From contig QPMI01000099.1 of NCBI GenBank assembly GCA_004431415.1, forward strand, positions 186,001-250,000: 64,000 nucleotides of DNA, given 5' to 3'. Within the stretch, counting starts at the first letter, position 1. Every line of letters starts with the position of its first letter. The translations under genes and the position numbers were made by a program. The DNA comes from Cyanophora paradoxa CCMP329. Lineage: Eukaryota; Plantae; Glaucophyta. Under the pieces are notes generated by a model, which ran no database searches, had not been told where the DNA came from, and saw nothing but the letters and a program-made list of their open reading frames with translations. Below, piece after piece: positions 13,901 to 27,600 of the stretch.

Positions 13901-16900
13901 ACGTTCCCGGACGGCATTCCACGCACGCGGTCTTGCTCTCGTCGGCGACGGATCCGAGGGGACACGGAGCGCAAGCCGTGGCGGCCAGCGCGGGCGAGAT
14001 CGTGTTCCCTCGGCACCTCGCGCATACGTCTTCCAGCACAAAGTAGCCCGGAGAGCACGGCCTGCACTCCGAGCGGTCCTCGATGCTGGCGTGGCCCCTG
14101 CGCATTCCACGAAAATCATACATTCGAATCGGCAGGTTTTCGAAGTAGCGCCGTTTCGCACTCTGCGCAAGGTATGCACTCCCCGAACGCGCCGGCTCGC
14201 GAGAATGTGTTTGCAGGGCACAGGCGGCAAGCTGTGTTGTTCGCGGGCTGGTAGTATCCGGCGGGGCTGAGACGAGAGATCGCGTCACGGGCGAGCGGTG
14301 CACAGTCAAGAGCATTTAAGAGTTCTGTAATGCACCATTTTTCGCAACGGGCGCCATCGTAGGAAGGTACTTCACCCTGCGGGCCTGCGCATTTGGTTTC
14401 AGTTTGCGGTGGGAGCCCGAGGAACGGCAAGCAGGGACATGTGCGCGGGCCGGGGCCGGGGGCGCACAGAACTGGCAGGAGCCCAGCGCGCCGGGCGGGC
14501 TCCATGTCATCGGGGGGCACAGGGAGCACAGGGTCGCCCCTGTGTACGGGAGGTAGTAGCCGGCGTCGCACGCGATACAAGGCGAGGTCCACGCAGCCGT
14601 GGGCGTGTAAGCGTTCCGCGGGCTGACGCCAGGAATTGTGAGCTGAACTCAGAGAATGCTTGCCGAGAGACGCGCACCACGCCGTGCAGGGCTTGCCCGC
14701 CTCCATCGAGAAGGTGTTCTGCGCAGAAATCAGCCTCGGCGAGCACACGCGGCCCCGGAACCATTTGTGGGAAAATGCTGGATCCAGAGTGGTTTCGAAC
14801 CTGAGGGCACTCTGCGGTGCAGCGCATCAAGCTTTAGCGGGCAGTGTACCATCAAATGGCAGAAAGCGTAAGGCCGGAAGACCTGTGCAGAAGGTCGCGC
14901 CTTCCTTCGAGTACGTGCCGATAGGGCAGACTGCGCGCGTTCCGTGCGGCGTCTACCTTCAGGGCCAGCCGCTACGAGCGAGATGACTTTGCGGATCGCA
15001 GAGTGCCGCACCTTCGCAGAAGGTCGCGCCGCCGGCGGAAAAAGTCCCGGCGGGGCACAACGTCGCCTCGGTGTTGCTGATGACTCCCGTTTTGTTCGAG
15101 TACCGACCCGCGGCAATCGGGACGCAGTCGGCTCCGACGACGGTCGCGAAAATGGATTCCGTGTTGAAAGTCTGTTCCGCGCGGCAGTTAGTTGTAGCCA
15201 ATCCCGGGTCTGCACCAATATCAATGTTTTGCGCGGCGCAGAGCAAACCTCTCCAGGCTTGCACGCCACAAAGACCTGGAGGGAAACGGTCGGTGGAAGG
15301 TCAGTGCACGTGTCTGCTTCTGCACGTGCAGTGTCTTTGCTTTACCTTAATAACAATAGAACTGTAAAACGCAAGGCAAGGGGATGAGATGCTGATCTGG
15401 AAAAAGGAGAAGCATGCGAGGCGCACGGTTCTTTGGCCCAGAACACGATGTAATCCTTTTCCGGGAACGGCGCGAACGGGTCAGAATTCAAATAGTGCCT
15501 GCGCTCCAGATTAGCCTGAATCTACGTTTAAAATGCAAGGATCTGCCGATTGCAAGGCGCACGGAACGTCGTCGACCGTAAAGCCTCCAGTGACCGTGGC
15601 GGGGAAGCTCGGGACCACGACGTAGATAGGGCCCATGACCTCTTTGTCGACATTCTCAATCTGCACCGGGATCAGGCGCCCAACCGCTCTATATCTTCGC
15701 AGGTGCTGAAGAACTCGAACCTTCAGAAGCTCTGCCGGGGCGGTTGATTGCACGTTGATCTTCCGGAGGCGGCCGTCGGCAGACTCCTGTTTGAAAAAGA
15801 GTCGGTTTGGCACTGAGAGGACTCACTTTTCTCCCTAACCTTGATGCCCTCCGAGGTAGGGTCGGTAAGATACTGGCGGCACTTGGTGTTTTCCATCGTG
15901 TGCCTTCGAAGTAAAATGGCGATGCGATCACAGCCTGACAGATCTAGAGGATCAGAATTCGAAGGCATGGCTCGAACCGTTCACGGACGATGAACAGTGA
16001 TCCCTTCGCGTAGACTGCTGCCCGGACGGAATACCTGCCTCATCGCATGAGTACATGCACTAGCGCTGAAGTTTGAGCCGGTTGCATCGCAGAACTGCGC
16101 ACCAGCCCGCATTCAAGCTTGGTCGCCAGCCGTCCGGTTGCAGCCGCAGCCTCCCTGTAATATTCCCGCCCATTCCGCTCTCGAAGGCACCTGGGCGCCT
16201 GCATGAACGCGCATATCAGAGGTAATAAATCTCAAAGGTGCGAAGAATGACTGACGCCAGCCGGACGATCTCTGAAATTACGCGGTCAGCAAACTCTGCA
16301 TCGAGCGCGATCTACCGAAAGCCGTACCGTCGCCCAACACATAGAACGAATTTCGACGACCCTCCGCCCACTTTCCCTCGAAGGCTCCGTACCCACCGCC
16401 GACCTCGCCGGGATTTCCGTTCTGAAACATGCACGTTTCCGTGTTTACAGTGATTCGCGTCGTCAGGATCAGCGGGTCTCGGAGGAGTTCTGCCATCCGT
16501 CCATTGACGCCCCAACTCCAAACAGTGATCACATGCTTGATCTGAACGCGCCATGTATGTTAACGTTAACGCCCGAGCAGATGCGCGGCGCCGGCGGTCC
16601 AGCACGTGAAGCTAAAGGGCGCGGGCGGGCGCGCCCGTGTAATGCAAGTGCCGAAGACTGGGCTCGTCAAGCAGCTGTGATAGAACATCGGCCACCTGCC
16701 ACGCCGTCATTGATGTCGATGCCGGCTCTGCAGGTCGAACTGGTTCGCTCATGATCAAGCGCTAAAACCTTTACCTGATGACGGCGTGGTACAGAATGGG
16801 CCCGTTTGGATCGACTCGGCCGTCGGTAGCCATCGCGTGCACGCTAGGGGAGGGCGGAATGTGCTCTATGTTGATCTGATCTCCACCGAATATCTGCGTT

Positions 16901-19107
16901 ATGAACCTGCAATCGATGTCCCACGCGACGTTATCTATATATAGCATTCACGAGTTTGATCAGGGAAAGCGCGACGACTTACTTCCCATTTTTGTAGATA
17001 TTGTCTGGCATCACATTGTAATCCGGATCGTTGTTTGATATCGCTTCAAGGCCAGCGTCCAGAGGCAACTGAACGACAGAAAGCGCGCATCAAGAGGAGC
17101 ACTAGCACAACAGCTCAAAGCGATCGAAAAGGAGGGATCGATCACATCGACAGCGCCGCTCATCTTGCAGAGCCGCATGATCAGATATATATATTCTCCG
17201 CCAGAGGACATCGAAGTAGCATAGACCATTCCCCGTTGCGGAAAGCTGAAGACTTGGACATCGGTTAGATAGAATGGCCACGCGTCCTTGGCTGCCGGCC
17301 AGCCCCGACCCGCCGATTTAGTGACAATTCAGCGAATTCGAAGAGACGTATTTGGAAAAGACACAGGCGCACCGAATGGGCAGCTCAAACCTTTATTCGT
17401 GTCGAAAGGCCAGACAGAGCGGTGCACAAGCGAGGTACCTTTAAGAGCAGCGTAAGCGCTAAGGTCGGTGTGGTACAAATACGAAGTCGTGCTGAGCGGT
17501 CTTGCGTCGAAAAGAAAGAGGTTTCTGGCAGCAGATATTAGGACGCATTCATAAAAGCAGCCATGTAGCTGTAGCATACCCCAACAGGGCCACCCACTCG
17601 TATCTATTGCACAAGTGCGGTCCAAAGTGAGCGGTCAAGTGCACGAGCGGTAATGATGGGGAAGCTTCGCGCAGGCTCGCGGTGGCACTATGGGGAATAA
17701 TAGTAATAATGGCACCGACCTCTCCAGCTTGCTTCCCAGGATCGCCCCACAGCTCACCCAGTGCGTCGCAGCTTCGAATATGGGCTGGTACCACCTTTCG
17801 ACAGAGTCCCCTGTCAGGGTACGCGGGACTTGTGTATTTACATACAAGGAAAGCAGTTGAACCGAACCTCTCGTCAACAGTGAAATTTCGCCCGAGCTGC
17901 ACAAACCTGTAGGTATTCTCTGTGCAGCCGGGCCATTTGTCCGTAGGCCCGACGGGAAAGTCGTTCATCAAGTCATACGGATCCCCATTCGGCTTGCAGC
18001 ACATGTCGCAGGCTGTACCCCCCCGGGGGGGGGGGTCATGATGAGCAGATCGCGCGTTGAGGCGACTGCAAGGCGCTCGCACCGGAATACCGGATCGCCA
18101 TCAGATTGAGCGCTGTCCAGTGAAGGCAGTCGACGGCGACGTATCTTGGGTTGAGGCACAGCGCAGTGTAGCGTGCAGTCACGTAGCCTAGCTGGGTGCT
18201 GTTCTGTGCCTCGCCGGCAAATCCGACAAGAGAGGCCGGAACGAAGAGCTGGCCGGTGCTTTTCATGGCCCAGGTATTAACGCTGCGAAGGTACTCGCCA
18301 TCCCCCACCCGAGACGGCCGTGCATCAATATCCTGAGAGCACACATGTACAAATCCGATAAGCATCACTCATGTGGCAGCTGCAAGCATGCACAAGGTGT
18401 GCAGACCCGACCAGGAAACGGCGTGAACGTCGAGAACGCGAACTCGACCGGAGCGAAGGTGCTCTGCAGAGGTTGCATCGTGCTCAGATCGCAACTGAGT
18501 ATTGAGAGATCGCCATCACGCGCGCGCTATATATAGCTACTAGCTATAGCTGCAGCTTACATTCTGAGAAATGCCCGAGAAAGAACGGCTTGAACGGCAA
18601 GCATTTGATTCCAAATTCCATCTGCGCCCCGCATCATGCTTCGATCCAGCAGCACAAAATGCATATGCGCGTGAAAGCGACGGCTTTGCGCACTCGCAAA
18701 TCAAGATATTGTCGTCCAAATCTTTTCCCACGATGACCAGGCTTGGCACGCGCGGGATGGTAAGCGACAGAAAGTCCCAAGTCGCCAGCGGAGCCGCGTA
18801 AAGCACAGCTGCGCGCGTCGTTCGAGACTTCAAATGTGTCCGACCGTCGGACGGTCTAGATCTGCGCGCGCGCGCGCGCGAGTGCAGCGCGCACTTTTGA
18901 TGCCTGGAACGCTGGGCCCTGCTCGCGATCGGCGGTAAATATACCGGTAGTGGGAGAGCAGGTAAATATCTTCCGCGCACCGTTGAATGCAGCTGACGTG
19001 ACACGGACGCCTGCCAATGAGAGCAGACAGAGCAGCGCTAGCGCTGCAACTGCTCCCAGTTGCAATCGCAATTGCGCATGCGCTTTGCCGGCTGCAGTCG
19101 GCGGCAT
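4984..19107 (-). CDS. Gene A: giant secreted/membrane protein with many GCC2/GCC3 (ephrin-receptor-like) Cys-rich repeats and three TM helices; many short introns
   Basis: ATG at 19107 followed by a signal peptide (..LGAVAALALLCLLSLAG). Repeated CxxCPxGxxxxxxxxxCxxCxxG units from ~8.0 to 15.3 kb, e.g. CARCRGNTISPALAATACAPCPLGSVADESKTACVECRPGTY. TM1 LFLNILMGVGGLAAIIGLCMFVYIRLI (~7.65-7.73 kb), TM2 starting RTVPGAFFSIVGIAGVAVAG (~7.33-7.39 kb), TM3 VLSTIADIVSLASAAFGAGGQALAAFFLV (~5.52-5.61 kb). The last exon most likely ends at the stop at 4984. Confidence 0.8.
5631..5728. repeat. 19-bp duplication of a splice acceptor/exon start flanking a 60-nt insert
   Basis: tccaccagcaggtacacct (5631-5649) vs tccaccaggaggtacacct (5710-5728); one mismatch. 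Confidence 0.8.
6832..6949. repeat. Intronic minisatellite of gaaactaaa-anchored units
   Basis: gaaactaaatatgcttccaggaaactaaagattacag occurs twice, with further partial units, inside an intron of gene A. Confidence 0.75.
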
Positions 19108-19300
19108 TACTGTGTGACCGAATGCTTGAACATGCACAGATGCATATGCGTGCAAACTATGTATATATATCATATCTCGAGCCCTGACGCCGCGCACGCG
19201 GCAAATGCATATATATACATTATATGCCAGGTGTCTCCGCAACCGTCTCGTCGCGCGCGGGCGCCGGATCCTTCGACTATCCGCACGAACTAGCGCCCCA

Positions 19301-19304
<4 letters not shown>

Positions 19305-19345
<41 letters not shown>
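19305..19345. repeat. (GCT)n microsatellite
   Basis: Uninterrupted gct run. Confidence 0.9.
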
Positions 19346-19346
<1 letters not shown>

Positions 19347-19466
19347 CACTCCCGAGTCTGGAATGCCGCCTGGCTGCGGCGCCCGCGCTAAAGCTTGCGC
19401 AAGCAGCCCGGCGGCCCTGCTGCTGTTGCTCGGGGACTCGAGCTCCCGGGATGACTACGTATACTA

Positions 19467-21238
19467 CTAGGCTTAGTAGGCTGGCCCAGTGGGCTTACTA
19501 AAGCTCGTGGCTGCTCGCCGACTCGACGCCGCTGGGCCGACTCGTCGCCGAGACGCGCGCTGGTGAGAGATCTAAGACCGGTCACCGGGTACCGGTAGGC
19601 TGCGGTAGGCGCCGGTAGCCGGCGGTAGGCTGTAGCCCGCGCCTTGCCGCCGGGCCGGCGCCGCACTGCGGCAGTGCCGCGGGCGGTGCCACGGGCCCCG
19701 CCGGCCGGTGGGCTTAAGGCTTGCGCGTCGTCTAGCGCTCCGAGTGACCAGTGACCACTGACCAGTGACCACTGCTGCGGCTGCTCGACTCCAGGCCGGG
19801 CCGGACTCGGGACTCGGGAGTCGGGAGTCGGGAGTCGGGACTCGGGATCGGGACTCGGGAGTCGGGACCGTCGGACTCCGGGAGGACCGGGACTCCCGGA
19901 CCCGGGAGTCCGGGAGAGGACTCCCCGGGAAGGGCGGGAGCCTCGCCGAGTCGCCGCCGCCGGCGTCGCGCGATCATATACTATGATATCGATATGTCGC
20001 TCAAAACATTGATTTATAACTTACTAGTTAAGCAATATATAGAATGCGCTCAATATTATAATTAATATGCTTTATAAAATTTAATGTGGTCGATGGCCCG
20101 GATCCGTCCGGATCCATTTTTCAGGAGGGGTGAGGGCATCGCCCCCACGGTGTAAATTGCTCATTCGGCCCCCCCGCCCAGTGGGACGGACAGAGACCTG
20201 GCGGTGCGGAGGCGCTAGGCGCCGACATCAAGCTAAGGGGAAGGGGTAAATCCAGGTCTAGACTACGTGGTTCTGGCCCTAGGGCCGGCCCGGTGCCGGG
20301 ATACTGCGGTGTCTGTCCACCACTATCTAGCTCGGAGCGCGGGGGTAAGGGGGCGATGCTACTTGCTGGCGAGCTAGGCGAGGGAAGGAAAAGAACCGGT
20401 AGCCGACATCGGGAAAGGCCGGGGGGCCGGACGGGGTACAGTTCTACTCGCCGAGGCCGAGGAGGGCGGCAAGGCCCCGCAGGACCTTATCCTTGGTACT
20501 TTGGGTGCCTGGCGCCGGCGGCGCCGACCCGGCGGCAGCGGCCGGCGCCGTGAGGGTCTGGATGAGGCCGAGGATGTCGGCGATGTTCTGCTCGGAGGGG
20601 GGGGAGGCCGGGGTTCCGCCGGCGGCCGCCCCGGCTCCGGCCGGGGCCGGATCCGTCCATTATATCAATTTATATGCATGTGGAACGCCGCTCCGAATTT
20701 TAAGTTTTAACGCGGTAATTTACTAAAAATGTTGAAGTTAAGTAATATTAATTTGCCGGGGATTATTAAATTGGTAACGCAGTATAGTACTAGTACGTAA
20801 TTGTTGTGTTTTGTTGGGTACGAACCGGGGTCCGTGGTACCTGGGAACCCGGACCCGGGACTCGGGCCGGGAGTCGATCGACTCGGCGAGCCTCCGACTC
20901 ACGTGCCTCGCGACTCTGATGAGTCGCGACTCGCGAGCGCTACCGGTAGCCCGGCGAGTCGCGCCGCGGCCGCTGCAGCTGGGCCCGCGGCGAGGGCCGC
21001 GGAGCCTGCCAGGCTGCCACGCGGCCTGCGGCCCTGCGCTGCTGCGCATGCGGCGGAGGGCGCCGCCCAGTACGTACTACCGGTACTACTAGTACCTAGT
21101 AGTAGTATGCGGCAGGCTGCTGCGCCGGCAGCCTCGCCGGCAGGCGCCGCGGCCGCGGCCGCGCGCGGATCGGGATCGGGATTCGGGAGCATCCAAATTC
21201 TACGGAACTGGTAGTAGGTCGTAGCCAACTGAGCCTAG
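19467..21238. mobile_element. Putative degenerate non-autonomous TIR element (TA TSD) in the gene A/gene B intergenic region
   Basis: ctactaggcttagtaggct (19464-19482) matches the reverse complement of 21223-21241 at 17/19. The termini read ta|CTAGG...CCTAG|ta. The interior is rich in gactcgg-type simple repeats. Confidence 0.4.
20119..20646 (-). mobile_element. 5'-truncated poly(A)-type retroposon with a 15-bp TSD
   Basis: TSD ccggatccgtccatt at 20647-20661 and at 20098-20118 (the left copy carries a later ggatcc insertion). The minus strand ends ...gggggcgatgccctcacccctcctgAAAAA. It contains an ORF tail SEQNIADILGLIQTL...KDKVLRGLAALLGLGE*. Confidence 0.6.
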
Positions 21239-21669
21239 TAGAGCCCCCGCGCGCGGCCGCACATGCCGCAGCGATCGCGAGCACACACTGTGACAATCTG
21301 TGCGTTGCCATGGTGGGCCAGGCTGCGCACATAAGCTAGCGCATGCACCAGACAGCTGCGTACGAGCGTACACGCGTATACGTACGTGCGCGTGCACCGA
21401 GTACTAGTAGACAATGCTAGACATGTACAGGTCATCAGCGGTCGCGACAGTCGACGTCGGACAACATCGCTAGCGCTATCCAACTACGTATACGAGCACA
21501 AATCGTGCACATGCATATGCATGCGCATTTGTATGTCATAGTACCCGGTGATCTATCTGGATCCTATATAGCTAGTTAGACGGTCTAGAATCGCGCATTA
21601 GCAGGTGTGCACTTGCGCATGCGACGTCTTGCATATATATGCCGACCCCGACGGGAGGGTGGAAATCGA

Positions 21670-24600
21670 ATGCGGAGGCCCAGAGCAGTTTCGAATTCCA
21701 ACCATATAGACATAGCATTCTGCCTTCGCTTTCTCGCATTCTGTGTCATCGTCCATCAAGCGGCGGGCACAGATCTAGAGCAGGGGGCTGTGATCGATAT
21801 AATCCGCAGCTTTGAATTCAGCGTAGAAGCCATTAGTCCAACTGCAGTTCGCACGTCCAACTTCACGTGGTCGCTCTCGAGCGCTGGCGAGCCGGCCTCC
21901 CCTGCGTACACGAGCTTCGTCCTGGAGTGCAGCGCAGTCGGCAACGGGCTGAACGAGACCCGAACGCTCGCGCTGCCCGCCGGAGACCTGCCCGCACCAG
22001 GGTCCACGACGCTGCCCGGGCAGACCTTTGCCACACTTCCCGAGATGCCAGTGTCCTACACGATCAGCTGCGCTGCGACAATCGGGTTCTCCGGAGGGTC
22101 CAACCATTCCACTTCCATAGCCCCGCAGATACAATCCATCGCTGGTGCGCAGCTATTGCCGGTCTAAATTACAAGCTTCGAATGCAGCGTTCGGTTCGTT
22201 TTCGGAGATCTGATGGAGTTCCCGCAGCGCGAAACGTCGCTTCAGTATCGCCGTTCACTATCGAGCAAGTGAATTCGACCGCAGTGCGAATAACGAGCTT
22301 GACCTGGAGCCTGTCGTCTATCGGTGCCGCGGGAAGCCCGGCGTACAGATCCGTCCGAGCGACCTGCGACAACCGTGCCGTCAGGCAAACAATTGAAAGC
22401 GCTGCGCCCGAGGCAGGGTCAACGTCGTATCCGTCCTCAATTATTGTGAGCGGGCTCGATGATACGTACTCATACGACACGACGTGTACCGTCGCTGTTC
22501 TCTTCTCTTTTCTGGAACAGACTGAATGCATTGTGATGCTCGTGGGTGCGTTTGTGCGCATGTGCAGATCCACACAGAGAGCTCATGGCCATGGGCTGAA
22601 GCTTACGGTCAGCCCTCCGCGCGCAGTTGCAGACAAGAGTGTGTTTGGCTTCTGGTCGAGTTCAGTATTCTCGTCTAGCACCGCAATCACTGTCACCGCT
22701 AATTGGGGGATAACCTCGGGCCGCATTGACACACCGATCTACAATTCCGTATCCGCTCAGTGCACGTGGAAAGGTGAGACACGAAGCGTCGCTGTGACGA
22801 ACGTCGCTCCAGGAGCGACAACGGCGAAAATCGTCGTCGGCGGGTTCAATCCCTTCGTTACATCCAACTCAGCCAGCTGCGGCGCCGGCATAAACTATAG
22901 AACGAGCAGCCAACGGCTGACTCACGTACCGGCGAGGGCGCCCCTGTCTTTTTCCGCAACGGTGCTGCCCCGCTCGATCTCTTCATTTTTGGTTGCCTGC
23001 TCCTGGACGATCGGACCGACCGGGGGCCGCACCGACACGCCCTCCTACACGCAAGTCACCGTCTCCTGCGTAGCTGCGAGCGGAGAGAGCCGATCGACGA
23101 CGATCGCAATGGCCGGAACAGCCGCTGACTCGACCTCCGCACCGCCTATCCTTGTCGGCGGGTTCAGCCCTGTATCACTTGCCACAGGCCTGCAGGTCAA
23201 CTGCAACGCGACGCTCCTCTACAGGTCCGGAAGCACGTTGCAGGGGTCTATCTCGGCCAGAGGCGCTTCCTCATTAATAAGAGGTCCGGCTTCGTTTTCA
23301 TCACAGCCACCGGCCGCGGTTTGACCGCGGGCCCTAACGCGAATACTCGTTGCACCGCAGCCGCCTACTGCCCCGTTCGCGACGTGCAGGCGACGTGTAC
23401 AGAAACATCGTGGAAAGTTCTAGCGACGCGAACAACATGGACGGTTTCCGAGCCACCCGAGGGCTGCCTGATGCCGTCTCTCAGCTCGGTCGTCGTCGCG
23501 TGCTCTACGGGCGACGACGCGCCCGAGTACTCGAACAGCAGCCTCGGCAGCGCGTCCTTGAACATTACGACAACCGCCGCCAGTATCGACGTTCGAGTTC
23601 CTCCTACATCGCGGAGCCTTGTCTACTACTGCCGGTCGAGGCTTTTCTTCAGCGGCATTGGCTACGAACGACGCGCCGCGTGGTCAGAGCAGGAGCGCAC
23701 CACAACGTGCCTGGTTCCTGCCGGTGCGCAGAGCTTTTTGTTTTCAGCATTAATTTATCCATATCGCCTTCGAGTAATTCTGAGAGCTATTATATAAATT
23801 AAAACATCTGATAGCTGATGCGTGTTTTGTTTGACAATGACGCGCAGCACCCCCGAGGCCGGTCATCGCGGGCTCGCTCAACTTTTCAGTCGATGCGAGT
23901 TCGACAACTTCTGTTGCCACATATGTAATCGCGTGGGAGCTGCCAGTGGAGGGCGCAGCAGACACACCGGTGTACGCGAATGTGAGCGTCGTCTGCAGCG
24001 GCGGCGGAGTCTCTAACGCATCCGTGAACGCTTCGATCGCCCCCGGCGAAACACGAGCGAGCGGCTTCAGCATAGCTGGATTTCCGGAGTTGTCTCAATC
24101 GTATAATATTAAATGTACAGCAACGCTATTCTACTATGAGGGTGCTTCAACCTCGTCTTCGGTGCAATTGCAAGCAGTCACGCGTTCCGCTTCCTCTCTC
24201 GCATGTGCACAAGTTTTGCTTCCGCTAGATTTAGAGTGTGCCCTTCTGACCTCTTGTATCAGCGAGAGAAATCAACGGCTCGCTTGCATTCACGGTCTCA
24301 GTCGCGGACCAAGTCACACTTGCAACGTCCCCTTTTACTTGGCAGCTTTCTTCCTTCGGGGCCGAGAACTCCCCGAGTTACCGAGGCATGGAGGTCGCCT
24401 GCACAAGCGAAGGGGTCACCAACCGATTGACTGTGGATTACATCGAGCCCGGGGCCACTTCGGTCGGGAATGTGTCTATCACTGGCTTCCCAGACATGTC
24501 GTTCTTTGATGTCGTTGTCAATTGCTCCGCGAGTCTTCTCTACTCGGCGGCAGGATCGGCCAGAGGCACGGCGGCGCTCGTCGATCTGGCCACCTCCCGC

Positions 24601-27600
24601 AGTGTGTCTGTCTGGCCATCGACGGTCCCACTCGAGGGGAGGAGCACTGGTACTGGCGCCCAGACGGACACGAAGCAGCTGAAGCTCTTGCTCTGGGCCC
24701 CCTCGAAGTTATTGACAGGTGAGGGATTCATTCGACCGCTGCGAGCCGTTGGCTTTTACTTGTTAAAACTTTTCTTGCAGCTTCCGCTGGGGTCAACTCC
24801 ATAACGATAGACCCCGCTGCTGGCACCGCGAGCTGGACGTCGCTCGCGCTGAGCGGCTCTTGCCCTTTCTCCGACGAGGGCTGGATCCATGGCGGCTTCG
24901 GGCGAAAGGGCTTCTTCATCGCCCACACCGGCGCCGAGTACCAGGACGCGAGCGGTGCGACGATTCAGGTGGGCGCTCGGTGCGCCTTCGAATTCGCTTG
25001 CTCAGCTCCTTGGCCTGGGTGCTGTCGCTGCTGACTTTCTTTATGCGCTGGCGCAATCGCAGATACCTTGAGTGGGGTGCGTAATCGCAAGATATATTGA
25101 TATCAGAAGCGTGTGCATGCGAGAGTCGCTGACGCCGCGCATTTGCTCGTGCCGCAGACGGGACGTCCGGGTCGTCGTGCGTCGACGTCAACAATGGGAC
25201 TGCCAGCGAAGTGAACAGCCGTGCCAGAAGCGGCCCGGTCTCCGTCGTGTTCGGCTCGAAGGTTCCGCTCTTTCGCCATGGCCTGCTTTGAATTCAACTA
25301 GATTTGTGCCGCAAAGATCATGACCGACTGCGAACAGCTTTTTGTCGCTGGCGGCACGGCGGTTATCGCCGGCGCGGGTAGCAAAATTCTCACAGACTCT
25401 GTAATGTGCGCTCGTGCTTCCTGCGTGCCAGCTCAAGGGCGCTCCGTTCCATTATATATTCCCCGCAGATTCTACGATTCGAAAACTGGGGGTTGGGGCA
25501 CTCTAGTGGCGCACTCGGTTGCCGGCGAGCCTCGGACTGATCTGGCGCAAGGCGTGGTCTATGGTCAGTTCCCGTTTTCTCTATGTATATTATACATTTC
25601 AAGCACGCACTGCACTTGCGCTGACTTTCGCTGTCTTCGTAGACGGGAAACTGTTCTACTTTGGAGTGCGCTGCCGGCCTTTCTGCATTTATTCGAGACA
25701 GCGCTAACGGAGATGCCCCTGAGCAGGGGAGAAACGCGCAGTGGTTTTCAACAAAGGGCCTTTACTTTGTCGATTTAACGGGGTCCTCGTCTGCATGGGT
25801 AGAAGTAAATCAGGTTCGCGGAAACATTCATTTCGTGCCGCCCGTAGAGTCTAATCGTCAAACGAATGCGTCTTAAAGCGAGGCGCGGAAGTGCGGCAAG
25901 GGGGCGGCGCTTGGGCGTGCGGCCCGATGATGTTTTTGGCTCGCGGCGGGGAGGGCGTCAGCGGCGCCCTTTCCAGGACCGTACAGGTTGTAAATCTGTC
26001 CACCATCTCCTTCTCGTCGCATGACAAATCAGGCGCGCGCATTGTGTTCGTATCTCTGAGACAGCACTGCGCATGCGGAAGTAATATTAATGACGCCGCT
26101 ATAGTTACGTTTTCCGAAGCGCACGCGGCACTACCTGAGGGAGAGGGCTCGCAAACTGCTGCGCTCGAGGTCGAGCAGGCTTGCGGCGCGGCTTTCCTCG
26201 ACTTGCGTGGGTCCGGATCGATTCTGAAGATTCGTATGCGTTTCGATGTCCCTTAAGTTTTGCTGCATTCTGCTTCTTAAGCTCCAGCTTCTCAATCATT
26301 CAATCGGCAGAGGCGAACGTGTCGCCGCAAGGCGAGTCAATGGTCTCCAAGAAAGTCGAGGGCGTCCGTGAGTTCCTGGTCACGCCGACTTCCCCGGTCG
26401 CCGTTGATATCGGGATCATAAGCTGGGCCTTGACGGCCGAAGGAGACCCCGTGAGCTCGCTATTGTTTTGCATTCTTTCGACTCTACATATATCTTTCCG
26501 GTATTTGTAATATATCCTGCAGGGCACGCCCTTCTATTCGGGCTTGACGGTCGCTTGCACGGGGGCTGGTGCGACCCTCTCTGCCACTGCGCCGAGCATC
26601 GAAGCAGGCATCAACTCCACGTCCACGACCCTGCGGATTACCGGATTTCCTGAGCACCAGGAACCGTATCCCATCGAATGCAAAGCGACTCTCGTGTATT
26701 CCGGTCGGGCGGCAAGCGGAAGAGGGCGTACCGCTCTCTCGATTCCGGGTGCGCATGCGTCCCACTTGAAGTCTGTGTTCGACGCCGTGTCTGACAGGGC
26801 CGTGCTGCTTGCGCGCAGCTTGCAACGTGACCAGCATCCTCCCGTTCAATCTGACGAAGATCTCCGCGACAGCCGTGCAGTCGTCGCCTCTCGCTTGGAA
26901 CCTCTCGTCCTGGGGCGCCGACGGCTCTCCATCGTACCGAAAGCTCACGATGACCTGCGTGAGCGAAGGCTTTCAAGCGTCAGCGGAGTTCGGAGGGAGC
27001 TTGGTTCCCGGCTCGCAGCTCGCGTCGGTCTCTTCGACCGCAACTTCGAACTCTTCCTACGGCATTATCGTTAGTGGATTACCGGACATGTCGTTTTTCA
27101 ACGTCTACGTAACGTGCACTGCAAAACTGGAATTTTCAACCCGAGGAATCGCAGAACAAATCGCCACTTTGATTGGTGCGGATATTCTGGCGCATATGCG
27201 TATGCATGGCGCGGCTTCAGCTCTTATCGTGACGTCTGCGCACATGCAGAGCTGCGCGCTCAAAGCGGGGCATCGATTATGCCAAAGACATACGCGATCC
27301 TATCAGGCACTTCGTCTCTGTCCGGCTCTGCGCTAAGGCGCAAGCTCGTTCTGCAGTCTCCTGGCGTGCTCTTGAACGGTCTGTGGGTTTGTTCCTCTCT
27401 GGAACATCGTAATGTACATGTACTGAGCCGGGGACTTCCAGGCGAGGGCGGGGTCCGATCTGTCAGCGTGGACGCCGCTGCTGGCACCGCGAGCTGGACG
27501 CCGCTCGCGCTGAGCGGCTCGTGCCCCCTCTCCGACGACGGCTGGATCCATCGCGGCTTCGGGAGGAAGGGCTTCTTCGTGGCCCACACTGGCGCCGAGT

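Noticed and set aside
8000-15300. Many small independent Cys-rich ORFs (metallothionein- or ferredoxin-like)
   Set aside because: They are consecutive exons of gene A joined by short introns.
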